A stretch of DNA of 64,000 nucleotides. Source: an uncultured Gammaproteobacteria bacterium. GTDB taxonomy: Bacteria > Pseudomonadota > Gammaproteobacteria > CAWCPV01. The stretch lies in the NCBI GenBank assembly GCA_963797555.1, contig CAWCPV010000004.1:782184-846183 (forward strand), written 5' to 3'. Below are positions 34,369-45,002 of this stretch, in pieces; position 1 is the stretch's first letter; each line of letters begins with the position of its first letter. The translations under genes and the position numbers were made by a program. Below the pieces are notes generated by a model. The model did not search any database. It worked only from the letters and a program-made list of their open reading frames with translations, and was not told the DNA's origin.

Positions 34369-35160
34369 ATGAAGCCGGAAAGAAGTCCCGAGGAGGAGGC
34401 CGGCGCGCTTTTCGCGAACTCGCGAATACTCGAGTGGCGAGCCCCCTTTAGATGGCTGCGTCTCGGCTGGCGCGATCTCAAGCGCGCCCCGGGTCCCGGT
34501 CTCACCTACGGTGGGTTCTTGGTCCTCTTCAGCTATCTCATCACCTACCTGTTGTACTCGGCACAACATTACCTTCTCCTCTTTAGCTTGCTCACGGGCT
34601 TCGTGCTACTGGGCCCGGCGTTAGCCTTCGGCATGTACGACGTCAGTTGTCAGTTGGAAAAGGGCCGCAGGCCGACCCTGGGACACTGCCTCGTGGAGAG
34701 CAAGCGGCATCTCGGAAACGAGCTGGTGTTCGCGGTCGTTCTGCTCATCATCCTGCTGGTATGGGCGCGAGCCGCCTCGATGATCCACATCTTCTTTCCG
34801 GCCTCGGCGCAGCCCTCGCTGGTAGACTTGGCGGCGTTTCTGGGCATCGGTTCCGTGGTGGGCGCCTTCTTCGCCGCCTTGGTGTTCGCCGTCAGTGCCT
34901 TTTCTCTGCCCATGATGATGGACCGCGACGTGGACGTGATCACGGCGGCGCTGACGAGCATCAATGCGGTCCTCAACAACAAGGGAGTCATGGCAGTATG
35001 GGCGGCCACCATCGTGAGCGCGGTACTCATCGGCTTCGCGACCGCCTTTGTAGGGCTTGGCGTGCTGCTGCCTCTCATCGGGCATGCCACGTGGCATGGC
35101 TATCGCGAGACCATCGGAGAGTCCCCCAAAGCGGGCGAGCCGGGTGGCCCGCAGGGCTGA
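34369..35160 (+). CDS. DUF2189 membrane protein
   Basis: PFRWLRLGWRDL, GFVLLGP, FSLPMMMDR, PLIGHATWHGY. Confidence 0.88.
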   Translation: MKPERSPEEEAGALFANSRILEWRAPFRWLRLGWRDLKRAPGPGLTYGGFLVLFSYLITYLLYSAQHYLLLFSLLTGFVLLGPALAFGMYDVSCQLEKGRRPTLGHCLVESKRHLGNELVFAVVLLIILLVWARAASMIHIFFPASAQPSLVDLAAFLGIGSVVGAFFAALVFAVSAFSLPMMMDRDVDVITAALTSINAVLNNKGVMAVWAATIVSAVLIGFATAFVGLGVLLPLIGHATWHGYRETIGESPKAGEPGGPQG

Positions 35161-35290
35161 GAGCTTCTAACAGATCGGCTACGCTTCGCATAGCGGCACT
35201 GCGCGCTGCTCGCTCTTCGCTGAGAGCCTGATATTTCTTGTCGCTGCGCTCTCACCGCCTTGCTCGCCGGGCGCTCGCGAGGACGGCTTC
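35161..35290. mobile_element. Degenerate MITE related to the one inside darT
   Basis: Begins TGA|GAGCTTCTAACAGATC, close to the MITE terminal repeat GAGCTTGTGAACAGATC; right end not recognisable. Confidence 0.45.
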
Positions 35291-35308
35291 ACGGCCTCGA
35301 AGGATACT

Positions 35309-36082
35309 TCATCTGGGCGCGAGGGTGATGTCGCTGTCGGCTGCGTCAACGGTCAGGCGGAATCGCCCGAGAAAGCTCATCCCCAGTAGCGGGTGGCCGG
35401 CCAGACGCTGGTCGTCGAGGAAGGTCACCGCAACGTCCTTCACCGATGCGCCCCCGACCTCGACGGCCGCAAGCGTGCCGCGGCTGGCGGGCGCCGCGCC
35501 GTTCGCGGTCTGAATCACGCCCGGCGAGAGGTCCTCGGGCTTGAAGCCCAGGGGCTCCATCATCAACGTCGGCAGCACGACAGCGCTGGCACCCGTATCC
35601 ACAATGAGCGATGCGGCGATACGCGCGCCGTTCGGTCCCACGAGCATGGCCTCGACGGCTCGTTGGGGTCCCAACTGCACCGCATGCTCTGGTGGAGATC
35701 GGGCGCCCGGTTGTTTGCGCCCAAGGATGATGAGTTGCGAGCGTTGTCCACCCGGATCTTGCCTCAGCACATAGTTGTAACCGGCCAGCAGCGTGCGCAG
35801 ACGGCGCTGGGAATCGCCGTCCGCGATACCAGCCGCCTCGTCACCCAGACGGTCCGCTCCAACAATGGTGACCCCCGCAGCCGCGGCAACTTCGCGCACC
35901 TGGTCGCGCAGGCTTGCCGCCGACGCTATCGCGGCTGCGCAAAGCGCGCAGGCGAAAGCTACACTGACCGCCAAAGCGACCGGGTGGTCGCCCCACCGGT
36001 CTGACGGGTCAGTCGATCGGGCCACGCTGTCGAGACTCGGGCAAGGAACGGGGCGCTCCGCGGGCTGAGTCGCCGCGCCCAA
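35309..36082 (-). CDS. Secreted retropepsin-like aspartic protease
   Basis: IVDTGAS, QTANG, LLGMSFLGRF; start uncertain. Confidence 0.85.
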   Translation of the reverse strand: MGAATQPAERPVPCPSLDSVARSTDPSDRWGDHPVALAVSVAFACALCAAAIASAASLRDQVREVAAAAGVTIVGADRLGDEAAGIADGDSQRRLRTLLAGYNYVLRQDPGGQRSQLIILGRKQPGARSPPEHAVQLGPQRAVEAMLVGPNGARIAASLIVDTGASAVVLPTLMMEPLGFKPEDLSPGVIQTANGAAPASRGTLAAVEVGGASVKDVAVTFLDDQRLAGHPLLGMSFLGRFRLTVDAADSDITLAPR

Positions 36083-36086
36083 CGCC

Positions 36087-36410
36087 TCAGAAGTGGAACG
36101 GGAAATCCAGGGTCAGGCTCAGGTTCCCGCTTGGATAACGCGGCAGGTAACCGTACCCGTAGGTCCGCGGCTCCACGTAGTAGGGTTGATACACGTAGTG
36201 GGGCTGACGGTAGTACTCGCGTACCACGAACCGCGGATGGTACCGGTATGCGCCGAGGTGCTTGCCGTGACCGTATCCCCGAGGAACGATCCGCACGATC
36301 GCGCCTTCATCGTCGCGGTGGGCCGACGCCGCAATCGGGATGCCAGCGATGCCCGCCGCCAGCACGGACACACCCAAATACTTCGAGAGCTTACGCAGCC
36401 TCGATGTCAT
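36087..36410 (-). CDS. Small secreted Tyr/His/Arg-rich protein
   Basis: GGAGG RBS, signal peptide ending ASA, low-complexity YYxxP body. Confidence 0.7.
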   Translation of the reverse strand: MTSRLRKLSKYLGVSVLAAGIAGIPIAASAHRDDEGAIVRIVPRGYGHGKHLGAYRYHPRFVVREYYRQPHYVYQPYYVEPRTYGYGYLPRYPSGNLSLTLDFPFHF

Positions 36411-37169
36411 ATCGTGTACCTCCAGCGTCAGAAATCCAGTGATCTTTGAACAGTGATGATACTACTTCCCGCCAGATGAACGCTCGCTGAGCGCGGCCAC
36501 TCCGCGCTGTGCGGGGAGGCGAGCAGGTCCCGGCGAGCGCCGCCTTCACTGGGGCCGCGCTGGGTGTGTGCCTGGCGTCTCCGCCGGTAGGACACGGCGG
36601 GGAGGACGAGATCGCACGGCCATTGGACAGGCGCGCACTTCCGCGCACCGCGACCGTTGAGCTTGGCATTGGGGGCCTATCGCTCCGCGTGCTCACCCCA
36701 TTTCGCCTGCGCACTCGTCATCCTCAGAGCACAGAGCTACAGACCGTGGCGTCCCCTCCGGACATGTGCCGTGCGCGCCCCTTCTGCAGCGCCCGGACCG
36801 TACTTCGATCGGTTTACGACTGGGCGTGTCCTCGGGTTCGTATGCAGGTCATGCCGGCATGGCTGCTCGGGTCTCGCGGAACGCTGGTGCCGCACCTAGG
36901 GGATCTCGCGCAGATGCGATTCGATCCAACGGGATGAATCCTACGGGGTCGATGACCGCCGCTTCGCTGGGGCCGTCTTCGGCGATCACACGACGCCGTA
37001 GCAGGGCCAGGGCTACGCTGGCACAGGGGACCGGGCGACCGCTGAGGCATCCCCACTTGGAGACGGTGCCCCCGCTAATGCCAGATCGGCATGGACGACG
37101 GGCAGTCGGCCGAGCGTCGGCCCGCAAGGGACATCGCACGGCACAACGCGTCGGCGTTGAGGTCGCCGC

Positions 37170-37919
37170 ATGAGATTGGATATCGTGGTCCCCTGCTTCA
37201 ACGAGGAGGATGTCTCGGAGGAGACTGCCCGGCGCCTCGAGGAGGTTCTCGAGGCCTTGACGGTCAAAGGCAAAATCGATGCCGGCAGCCGCATCTGTTT
37301 CGTGGACGACGGAAGCCGCGACGCTAGCTGGGCCATCATCGAACGCCTGGCCGCCCGCACCGGGTGGGTCCGGGGCATCAAGCTCTCGCGCAACCGTGGG
37401 CATCAGAATGCGTTGCTGGCGGGGTTGTTGGCCTGCCGGGGCGACGCCGCCATTAGCCTGGATGCGGACCTTCAGGACGATCCGCAGGTGATCGAACAGA
37501 TGGTGGACGCCTACCACGCCGGCTACGACATCGCCTACGGAGTCCGCACCGACCGGCAGTCCGACAAATGGTTCAAGCGCGTGAGCGCGGCCCTCTACTA
37601 TCGACTGCTGAGCGCTCTAGGCATCGACGTTGTAGCCAACCACGCCGACTTTCGGCTGTTGAGCCGACGAGCCTTACAGAGCCTCGGGCGGTTTCGCGAG
37701 GCCAAGGTCGTTCCGCTCTACTTCCTGGGCGGTATTCAGCTTCTGAGTATCGGCATCATTGGAGAGTACCTGGCTAGGGTCTATGCCGAGGTGAAGGGAC
37801 GCCCGCGCTACTTCATCGAGAAGACGGTGCCGGAGCCCGCGGCCGTTTCCGAGTCGCGCGAGACAGACGGTGCAGCCGCCTCCCCGAAATCCGCAGGGAG
37901 CGGTCGAAGAGCGGATTGA
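37170..37919 (+). pseudogene. GT2 glycosyltransferase (GtrB-like) with an internal in-frame deletion
   Basis: VVPCFNEE, VDDGSRD, LSRNRGHQ, DADLQDDP, DFRLLSR; jumps from REAK directly to the last TM helix GIIGEYLARVY. Confidence 0.75.
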
Positions 37920-38414
37920 AGGAACTCCCTGGGGTGTCTGGATGGCGCCTTGCCTCTGCCCGAGCCTCGGGACCCTGGCCTTTCTCTTGGCTTCGGTGTG
38001 AGGCTCGTGCTGCGCTCGTTCTCGGGCTGCGCGCTGGCGCGGCGGGTTCTCGCGCTTGCATCTGGCCGTCCGGGCAATGTCCCCCAACCGCGCGCAGTGC
38101 CACAGCCCCATCACAGTGGCGGGGTCAATCGGCGGGCGTCCCGCCCACCCTTCCATGGCTCGAATCCTAAGAACCACACCGTGGGCACGCGGTGACCCTC
38201 GGCAAAGAGATGCCCGAGATCACAGGCGCGCATCTCGACCTGCGTGCGGTCGACCCTTTGGTGGCGCAGTGGCGCGACCGGCGCTGGCCTCCGTTTGCGC
38301 TCCTGTTGACGGGCTCGTGCCTGCTCTTCGTCAAAAAAGTGACCTGTCCAGGTCGCGCTCGCCCGGCGAAAGCTCTACCCCATTGGAAAGGGGCGGGGGA
38401 GTTTTCACAGGCTC

Positions 38415-39053
38415 TCAGTGGAATCTAAGGACAGACTCCGTCTCCTCGAGGTGGCTCGTGTCTCCGCGCAGATCGAGGGTCCAGGCGTCGGCTTCGCGCC
38501 GCAACTTCACCAGGCTACAGAAGGCGGTGTGCAGCTCAGGCGAGTTGCGGAGGAGCCCCCAGCTTGCACCGACAACCGAGGCGCCGTGCCCGACGATCAG
38601 CAGATTTCCGCGGAACTCGTCGCTGAGGAGTCTCGCGGCCTTGCCCGCTCGTGCCAGAGCTACCTCACTCGTCTCCGGGTAGCGCGCCATGACTCGGGAT
38701 CTGTAGGACGCGTCGACACGCGGGAACCTTCTCGCCAGGGAATCGAGCGGAAGGCACACCGGGGGGTCGGGAAACCAATCCGGGTTCAGCCATTCGCTGA
38801 AGCCACTTTCCACCCCGATAGAGAGGTCGAGGAGGTCCGCGACGTGGTGCGCGGTCTCAACCGCGCGCAGGAAGGGGGAGGCAAAGACGCGGGTAATTCC
38901 CTCGTCCCGTAGCCGCCGGGCGAGGGATTGTGCCTGCTGGACACCGTCCGGAGATAGCGGCGGATCGAAGGGCCGCGAGGCAGTCTTGAACCACTCCGGG
39001 TCGACAAAATCCAGGCGGTTACCGTGTCTTGCCAGCCAGATGATCTGTCCCAT
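38415..39053 (-). CDS. Histidine phosphatase family protein
   Basis: RHG motif, SPFLRAVETA, VGHG. Confidence 0.92.
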   Translation of the reverse strand: MGQIIWLARHGNRLDFVDPEWFKTASRPFDPPLSPDGVQQAQSLARRLRDEGITRVFASPFLRAVETAHHVADLLDLSIGVESGFSEWLNPDWFPDPPVCLPLDSLARRFPRVDASYRSRVMARYPETSEVALARAGKAARLLSDEFRGNLLIVGHGASVVGASWGLLRNSPELHTAFCSLVKLRREADAWTLDLRGDTSHLEETESVLRFH

Positions 39054-39326
39054 GGCTCGTAAACGACGCCCGGCGGGCGCGCCAACACACGTGTCTCGGC
39101 AGCATTGGACGCCGCTCCAACCGTTCCGGCAGCCCGATCGGAAAGCGGCTCATTATCGCTCAGCCCACGCGCGAAAGCACGCTGAGTCGCTCGCAGAATG
39201 TTGCTAGAACACAACAGAAGGTTGCCAGCTCGGTGTTGTTGCGGCTACACTGGCCCGAGACCGTGCGAACGAGGAGTCAAATATGTTTGAAAACAAGCTC
39301 TTAGGACAATACCCCTGGCGTGCACG

Positions 39327-40210
39327 ATGAGGGCCGCGCGCGTTGCGCTCTGGTGTTTCCCGGTCTTGTGGTACATCTCCACCCTGCGGTGCATCACATC
39401 CGCCGACCCGCAGCCACCCTGACCCACAGTTAGCGGAACTTGCCTACCAGGCGCCCGCGGACGTTCCCCGCCGCGAGCTCCAGGACGTGCCGTATGAGCT
39501 GGGCACCCATGGCAGTAACCAGACCACGAAAAAGGAGTTGTTCATCGAGACCCTGCTCCCGCTTGTTCTGCTGGAAAACGAGAGCATCGCGCAGCAGCGC
39601 AGACCGCATGCTAGGACTATTCGAGCGCTTGGACCACGGCAACCCGCTGTCTGCCGGGGAGCAGTTATGGCTGCGGTCCCTCGCGGACGAGTACCGGGTA
39701 TCGGGTGATCCGGTCTTGGACTCCGCCGCGCGGCGAGAGCTTGGCGGACGCGTCGATATCGTGCCCGCGGACCTCGCTCTGGCCCAAGCCGCCGCAGAGT
39801 CTGGTTGGGGAGGGTCGCACGCTGCACGGATAGACCGTGACCTCTTCGGTATGAAGGTGAGCGCAGCCGTGAGGATCTGGACACCGAGGGCGACTCGCCA
39901 TAGGAAGGGTCAGCACGCGCCGCGGTTCGCTAGTCTACGGGAGGCGGTGCACACCTACATGCTGGTCCTCAACTCGCACGCTGCATACGGGCGCCTCAGA
40001 GAGCTGCGTGCGTCCCTGATCGGGCGCAGCGAGCCGGTGGAGGGCTCCCGGTTGGCGGCGGGGCTGGAGAGATACTCCACTCGCGGGAAAGGCTACGTTC
40101 GCATGATTCAGGGAGTGATACGGCTTAATCAACTGGAGCGTTATCGGCTCGCCACCCTGCTGCCGTTCACGCCCGACGACCCCGCCGACGCCGCCGGCTC
40201 GCCCGGCTGA
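39327..40210 (+). CDS. Glucosaminidase domain protein (Bax-like), frameshifted
   Basis: KELFIETLLPLVLLEN; LALAQAAAESGWG, LNSHAAY, LERYSTRG; split across frames. Confidence 0.8.
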
Positions 40211-40271
40211 GTCCGACGGGGGGAGCCGCAGGAGTCCACCATCCGGAAAGTGCGCGCCGGGGGTCGGGCGT

Positions 40272-41165
40272 CTATCGTGGCACCGACACCGGGTCCTGGT
40301 GGATGATCACCTCGGCATTCTGGTAGACCGCTTCAATATTGTCCCGCACCTCGTCGGCCACGGCGTGCGCCTGCCGCAGGGAGAGCCTTCCATCCATCTC
40401 GAGATGGAGCTGGATGAAGATGGACCGCCCGGACCGCCGCGTGCGCAGGTCGTGCACCCCCCTCACCTCGGCGTGCTGCTGGGCCAGTGCGGCGATCCGC
40501 CGCCGCTCCCCCTCCGGGAGCTCGCGATCCATGAGTAGCTGAACGGCCTCCTGCCCGATGTCCCAGGCGCTGTACAGGATGTAGGCACCTATGGTCAGTG
40601 CGACGAACGGGTCGGCCCGCTGGGCTCCTAACAGCGCGTTTGCGCCTAACGCCACCAGGACGCCGACGTTAGTCAGCAGATCGGTCTTATAGTGCAGGGC
40701 ATCCGCTTTGATCGCGGTCGAGCCGGTCCGCTGGATTACGTAGCTCTGCAACGCCAAAAGCGCCAAGGTCGCGACGATAGCGAATACCATCACCGCGACT
40801 CCGATGGTAGTGTTCTCCAGCGGCGTCGGATGTACCAGGCGATCGAGGGCCCGGTAAATTAGAAAGCAGCCTGACATAAGCACGAAGATGGCCTGACCGA
40901 GGCCGGCGAGAGACTCCGCCTTGCCGTGACCGAAGCGGTGGTCTTCGTCTGCGGGACGCAGTGCGTAACGGACTGCGAACAACAGGATGAGAGACGCCAG
41001 CGCGTCCATGCATGAGTCGATCAGCGAGGCGAGCAGGCTCACGGAGTCCGTCGCCAGCCAAGAGGCCAGCTTCGCCACGACTAGTACAAGGGCTGTGGCG
41101 GACGAGGCGTAGGTGGCCAGACGCAGCAGCCGCGCCTCTCGAGGCAGACCGACCTCAGCCATCAT
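40272..41165 (-). CDS. fieF: Cation diffusion facilitator transporter
   Basis: DEDHRFGHGKAE, ADALHYKTD, HDLRTRRSG, IIHQDP. Confidence 0.93.
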   Translation of the reverse strand: MMAEVGLPREARLLRLATYASSATALVLVVAKLASWLATDSVSLLASLIDSCMDALASLILLFAVRYALRPADEDHRFGHGKAESLAGLGQAIFVLMSGCFLIYRALDRLVHPTPLENTTIGVAVMVFAIVATLALLALQSYVIQRTGSTAIKADALHYKTDLLTNVGVLVALGANALLGAQRADPFVALTIGAYILYSAWDIGQEAVQLLMDRELPEGERRRIAALAQQHAEVRGVHDLRTRRSGRSIFIQLHLEMDGRLSLRQAHAVADEVRDNIEAVYQNAEVIIHQDPVSVPR

Positions 41166-41847
41166 CGGGTCTGCTCGTGGACCCCATAACGTTTCTCAGC
41201 GCATAGACGGCGCCACGTGGCCGGAGCGGCGCGATCCGATGAGGGCCGCGAGCGCCGTCGGCAGTACCACCGTGAATTACCGGAGATTCGTTCCCAAGAG
41301 GCCGATGCCAATGGGAGACGCGTCCGGGAGCGTAGCGTAACCATCGGGCCAGGGCAAGCCGCAGAAGCACCCGCGCTACGCGCGCCACCGTCGAAATTGG
41401 CGGTCGGCACAACTTCGTAGCGCGCCCGTGGTCCACTTATTGGACGACGGTTCGTGGGCAGGCTCCCGATGCGCGGGACCTGTCCCCCAAAGCGGTGCTA
41501 GTCTCGTGCCACTTGGCTACCGCACCCGGCGACGACGAATGCGGCGAGCGCTGTGAGCCGTCTGTTCATGGCGGTCCAGCCTCACGTGAGAAGACGCACG
41601 TAGAGGCTCGATTGCCAGGCTCGTTGGAGAGCCGCGGGCCCATGTTAAGATGGACACCCCGTGGAACCGAAGCGTGTCTAACTGCGGGGATCCCGAGGTG
41701 TTCGCGCGGCTGCAACGCGCCGCCCGGTGCGGTGCCAGAGGCCCGCGGCGAGCGGCTCCACCATTGCACCTTCGCGGGCGTGTTGCCGGTGCTCTCCTCA
41801 CGACCCCGGGCGCCGCCACGGTCAATCTGAGTGAGGTTCTTGTCAAC

Positions 41848-42672
41848 ATGTCGCTAGGCTCGAAGGCGGGCGTCTACGTCAACGTCATGAACATGTACCG
41901 CAACGGCGGCTACAAGATGCGCTACGACACGCTCCGCGAGTTCGCCTGTCGCGAGGGCGGTGATCCCGTGCGCCTGAATGCCTACGCGACATTCGACGCG
42001 GAGCGGGCAAAGAACGACTTGGAGTATCGCGCGGGTACAGCCAACTTTTTCTCCGCCCTACGCGACTTCGGCTACAAGGTGCTCATTAAGGAGGTGCGGT
42101 GGTACGAGGACGAATCGGGTAAGCGGTACGGCAAGGCCAACGCCGACCTCGACTTAGCCGTGGACGCCTTGCTGCAGTCCGAGAACCTGGACCGGGTCCT
42201 TATCGCCAGTGGCGACGGGGATTTCGCCAGGGTGGTGCGGGCCCTCCAGAACAAGGGATGCCGGGTGGAGATCGTGGCGCTGGACAACGTTTCGGCCGAC
42301 CTGCGCAGGGAAGCGGACATGTTCATGTCGGGCTACCTAATCCCTAACCTCATTCCGGTGCCTCAAGGTCAGGACCGGCCGGCGTGGGGCGAGTTGGGAT
42401 CTCGCGTTCGGGGGGTGTGCTATTGGCACAGCGACCAGGGCTACGGGTTCATGCGGTTTCTGGAGCGGGTCGGCCCGGGTTTATGGCTGACCGACGCGCG
42501 ACTTCCGGATTCGCCTTACGCCACCGCCTTCTTTCATGACTCGAACCTGCCGAGCGACGTGCCGGTGTCCGTCCTTCCGAGCCGCAACCACATCTTAGAG
42601 TTCGAGCTGGCGCGCTCGTCGCGTGGCGAGGGACTCCAGGCAGTCGATATTCGCCTGGCGAGCCGCCTGTAG
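41848..42672 (+). CDS. NYN (LabA/DUF88) domain protein with C-terminal cold-shock-like domain
   Basis: KANADLDLAVD, SGDGDF; C-terminal QGYGFMRF..FFHDS..LEFEL. Confidence 0.85.
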   Translation: MSLGSKAGVYVNVMNMYRNGGYKMRYDTLREFACREGGDPVRLNAYATFDAERAKNDLEYRAGTANFFSALRDFGYKVLIKEVRWYEDESGKRYGKANADLDLAVDALLQSENLDRVLIASGDGDFARVVRALQNKGCRVEIVALDNVSADLRREADMFMSGYLIPNLIPVPQGQDRPAWGELGSRVRGVCYWHSDQGYGFMRFLERVGPGLWLTDARLPDSPYATAFFHDSNLPSDVPVSVLPSRNHILEFELARSSRGEGLQAVDIRLASRL

Positions 42673-42683
42673 ACGACCGACGG

Positions 42684-43154
42684 CTAGGGTTTGAATACCA
42701 TCCAGTAGAGGTTGGCCAGGGGAAGGGCGAGCGCGAGGGTGCCGCCCGCGATCCACAGCCGCTCCAGCCGCCAGTAGATCTCGGGGATCGGTCCGCCGCT
42801 CGCGAAGCTGCGCGCGAGGCTCGACTGCTTGCGTTGAATGGGAATGAGGGCACCGAACCAGATGACGCCGGAAGCCACGAACAGCCAATAGCCCCACGCA
42901 AACCACCGCGCGTGTAGGTAGTCAAGGTGGAAAATGGCAGTCATGGCAATACCCGACCCCAGTATGAGAACCACACCCGCGGAGGTGAAAATGAAATCGT
43001 TCAAGGCCACCAAGCGTTGAGCGAAGGCCACAATCTTTGGGTCGGCTTCCCGGTCCGCCCGCAGCTTCCACCACCCGGTCACCAAGATGTTGCCCAGGAA
43101 CAGGATGGCCCCGAGGATATGCAGGCTCTTCAGAAGAAAGAACAACTGGCTCAT
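42684..43154 (-). CDS. DUF2269 membrane protein
   Basis: LKSLHILGAILFLGN...YWMVFKP. Confidence 0.85.
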   Translation of the reverse strand: MSQLFFLLKSLHILGAILFLGNILVTGWWKLRADREADPKIVAFAQRLVALNDFIFTSAGVVLILGSGIAMTAIFHLDYLHARWFAWGYWLFVASGVIWFGALIPIQRKQSSLARSFASGGPIPEIYWRLERLWIAGGTLALALPLANLYWMVFKP

Positions 43155-43565
43155 GCGCAGACGAGTGGCGGTGGTCCTGTGGCCGGGGCCAGGAGATGGC
43201 CTCGTCCCTCATCAAGGCGGATGCGTTACGATGACCGCATCGAGCCTTCCTGCCGGGGTCCGTGCTCCGGTGCGGGTCGGTGCCGCCCCATATCTTGCAC
43301 CTTTCCTACGGGATGTCCAGCTTGGTGCGCCCGGCCCGTAAGGGCGAGTCCTGGCGGACAGCCCGATCCCGCACCCAATCTCGATGACCGCGCGCTCAAC
43401 GCCCTCGAAGAGACCCACGCGACGCTGTTGGCGGGTCCTGGACGAGGACCCGCAGCAGCCAGGTCCGGAGCCACGAGACCGCGGCTGCTCTCGGCACGTC
43501 TGAAGCAAACGGGCGAACTGCTTCTCCGCGTGGGCGCGGGCTGGTACAATCCTAGCGTTCTATTC

Positions 43566-43638
43566 GGGCCGTTAGCTCAGTTGGTAGAGCACCGGACTTT
43601 TAATCCGAGGGTCGTAGGTTCGATTCCTACACGGCCCA
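43566..43638 (+). tRNA. tRNA-Lys (anticodon TTT); CCA not encoded
   Basis: GGGCCGT acceptor stem, D arm AGCTCAGTTGGTAGAGC, anticodon loop CTTTTAA, T arm GGTTCGATTCC; TACAAT -10-like box upstream. Confidence 0.97.
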
Positions 43639-43767
43639 CTCTCCCAGAAGGGTTTTCAAGGGTAGGCGAGTCACAGCAAAAACGTGTCACGGGACGTGTC
43701 ATAGAATCCGGCAAGGGTGTCACATGTAACGGCGCGACGGTGCTGTTACGATGCAGCCGGCACCCAC

Positions 43768-43790
43768 AAAAAACCCCGCTCAAGGCGGGG
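43768..43790 (-). terminator. Intrinsic terminator facing the tRNA
   Basis: Minus strand CCCCGC-CTTGA-GCGGGG-TTTTTT. Confidence 0.7.
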
Positions 43791-43938
43791 GCAGGGGGGG
43801 CGGTACTGTGCCCCCTATGGGTCAGGGGGAGATCGCGGCGCCTGGGGCGTCAGGTGAAGCCTGCGCCCGCCGTGCAGTAGTCGCGGAGCACGGGAGAAGG
43901 GTCAGCCCTATATCAAAATATGAGGAAGGGCTAAGAAA

Positions 43939-44995
43939 ATGGGCAGAACATGCCCAGCCTGCGGGCACGAGCGCACTCCCCAAGAGGACCAAGTCTATCC
44001 GGATTGGCAGTGTCCGGCTTGCGGGGTCGTCTATTGGAAGGCTGAGGCCAAGCAGGCCTGGCAGCATCTGGAGGCTCGGCCGGAAACGGCCCCGATGCCA
44101 GAACACGATCCAGAGCCGCCCAAGGCATCAACCCACGGCATCCGCGAGAAGGGGGTGTCTGGACTGGAAGGAACTGAGTCCCACGAACTCCTGGCCCTAT
44201 GCGACACCATACTTCAGGACAACGAGGTCACCGTTGAGGAGGTGTTTGGGCTCGGAGAGTGGCTCAAGCTCCACGAGGCCGCGCGTCTGGTGTGGCCCGG
44301 CGAAGTTCTCGCGCGACTCATTCAAGCCGTTCTCTTGGACGGGAAGGTCACCAAAACCGAGTCTCCGACGCGTCAGCACCTGTTTGCGACAAGTGCAAAA
44401 GGACTGGGCAAAGCGCCAGCAGGAGAAAGTGCGGCAAGATGCCATCGAGAGCGCCAAATCGGCGGCGCGGGCAATGGATCTATCCCAGGCGAAACTGCCC
44501 TCCATCTCTATCACCCTTTACGTCAAGTCGCACACGGACCGGACTCTCCAGTATGCGGTTGATCTGACTGGACCATCCTGCACGTGCCCCGATTGGAAGT
44601 CGAATCGAAGCCATTTGCCGCCAAGCGACCTCACACGAGCCTGTAAGCACGTGTTCGATGCATTTGGTCAGATCCGGCCGCCTGATGGCTGGCCCGGCTG
44701 GATGGGGTCGTTTCTCGAGCACGGATGGAAGCCTCATCCGCAAACGCGATGGCTCGTTTCCAACGTGAACGAGCAATACGTTCTCATTTCGAGCGCTCCG
44801 CAACGATGGGCGAACGTCTTTTCGTCCGTGGGAGGCTCCTACCAGCGATTCGGCTACAATGTTGACGAGCAGCGTTGGTCCTATGGAATCGAACCCCCCG
44901 ATGCGGGTGTCATTGCCAAGACGATTTCCCGCGGTTTCCAGGGCGACGAGAAGAAGGGGATCGCAGGTTTCTTCCGCAGGCTATTAAGAGGCTGA
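43939..44995 (+). CDS. Zn-ribbon + TerB-like + SWIM zinc-finger protein (frameshift ~44365)
   Basis: CPACG x2; ELLALCDTILQDNEVTVEE..WL..WPG..LDGKVT; CTCPDW...ACKH. Confidence 0.7.
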
Positions 44996-45002
44996 TTATC
45001 CA

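Noticed and set aside
37916-38400. Possible downstream glycosylation gene remnant
   Set aside because: No continuous frame or motif
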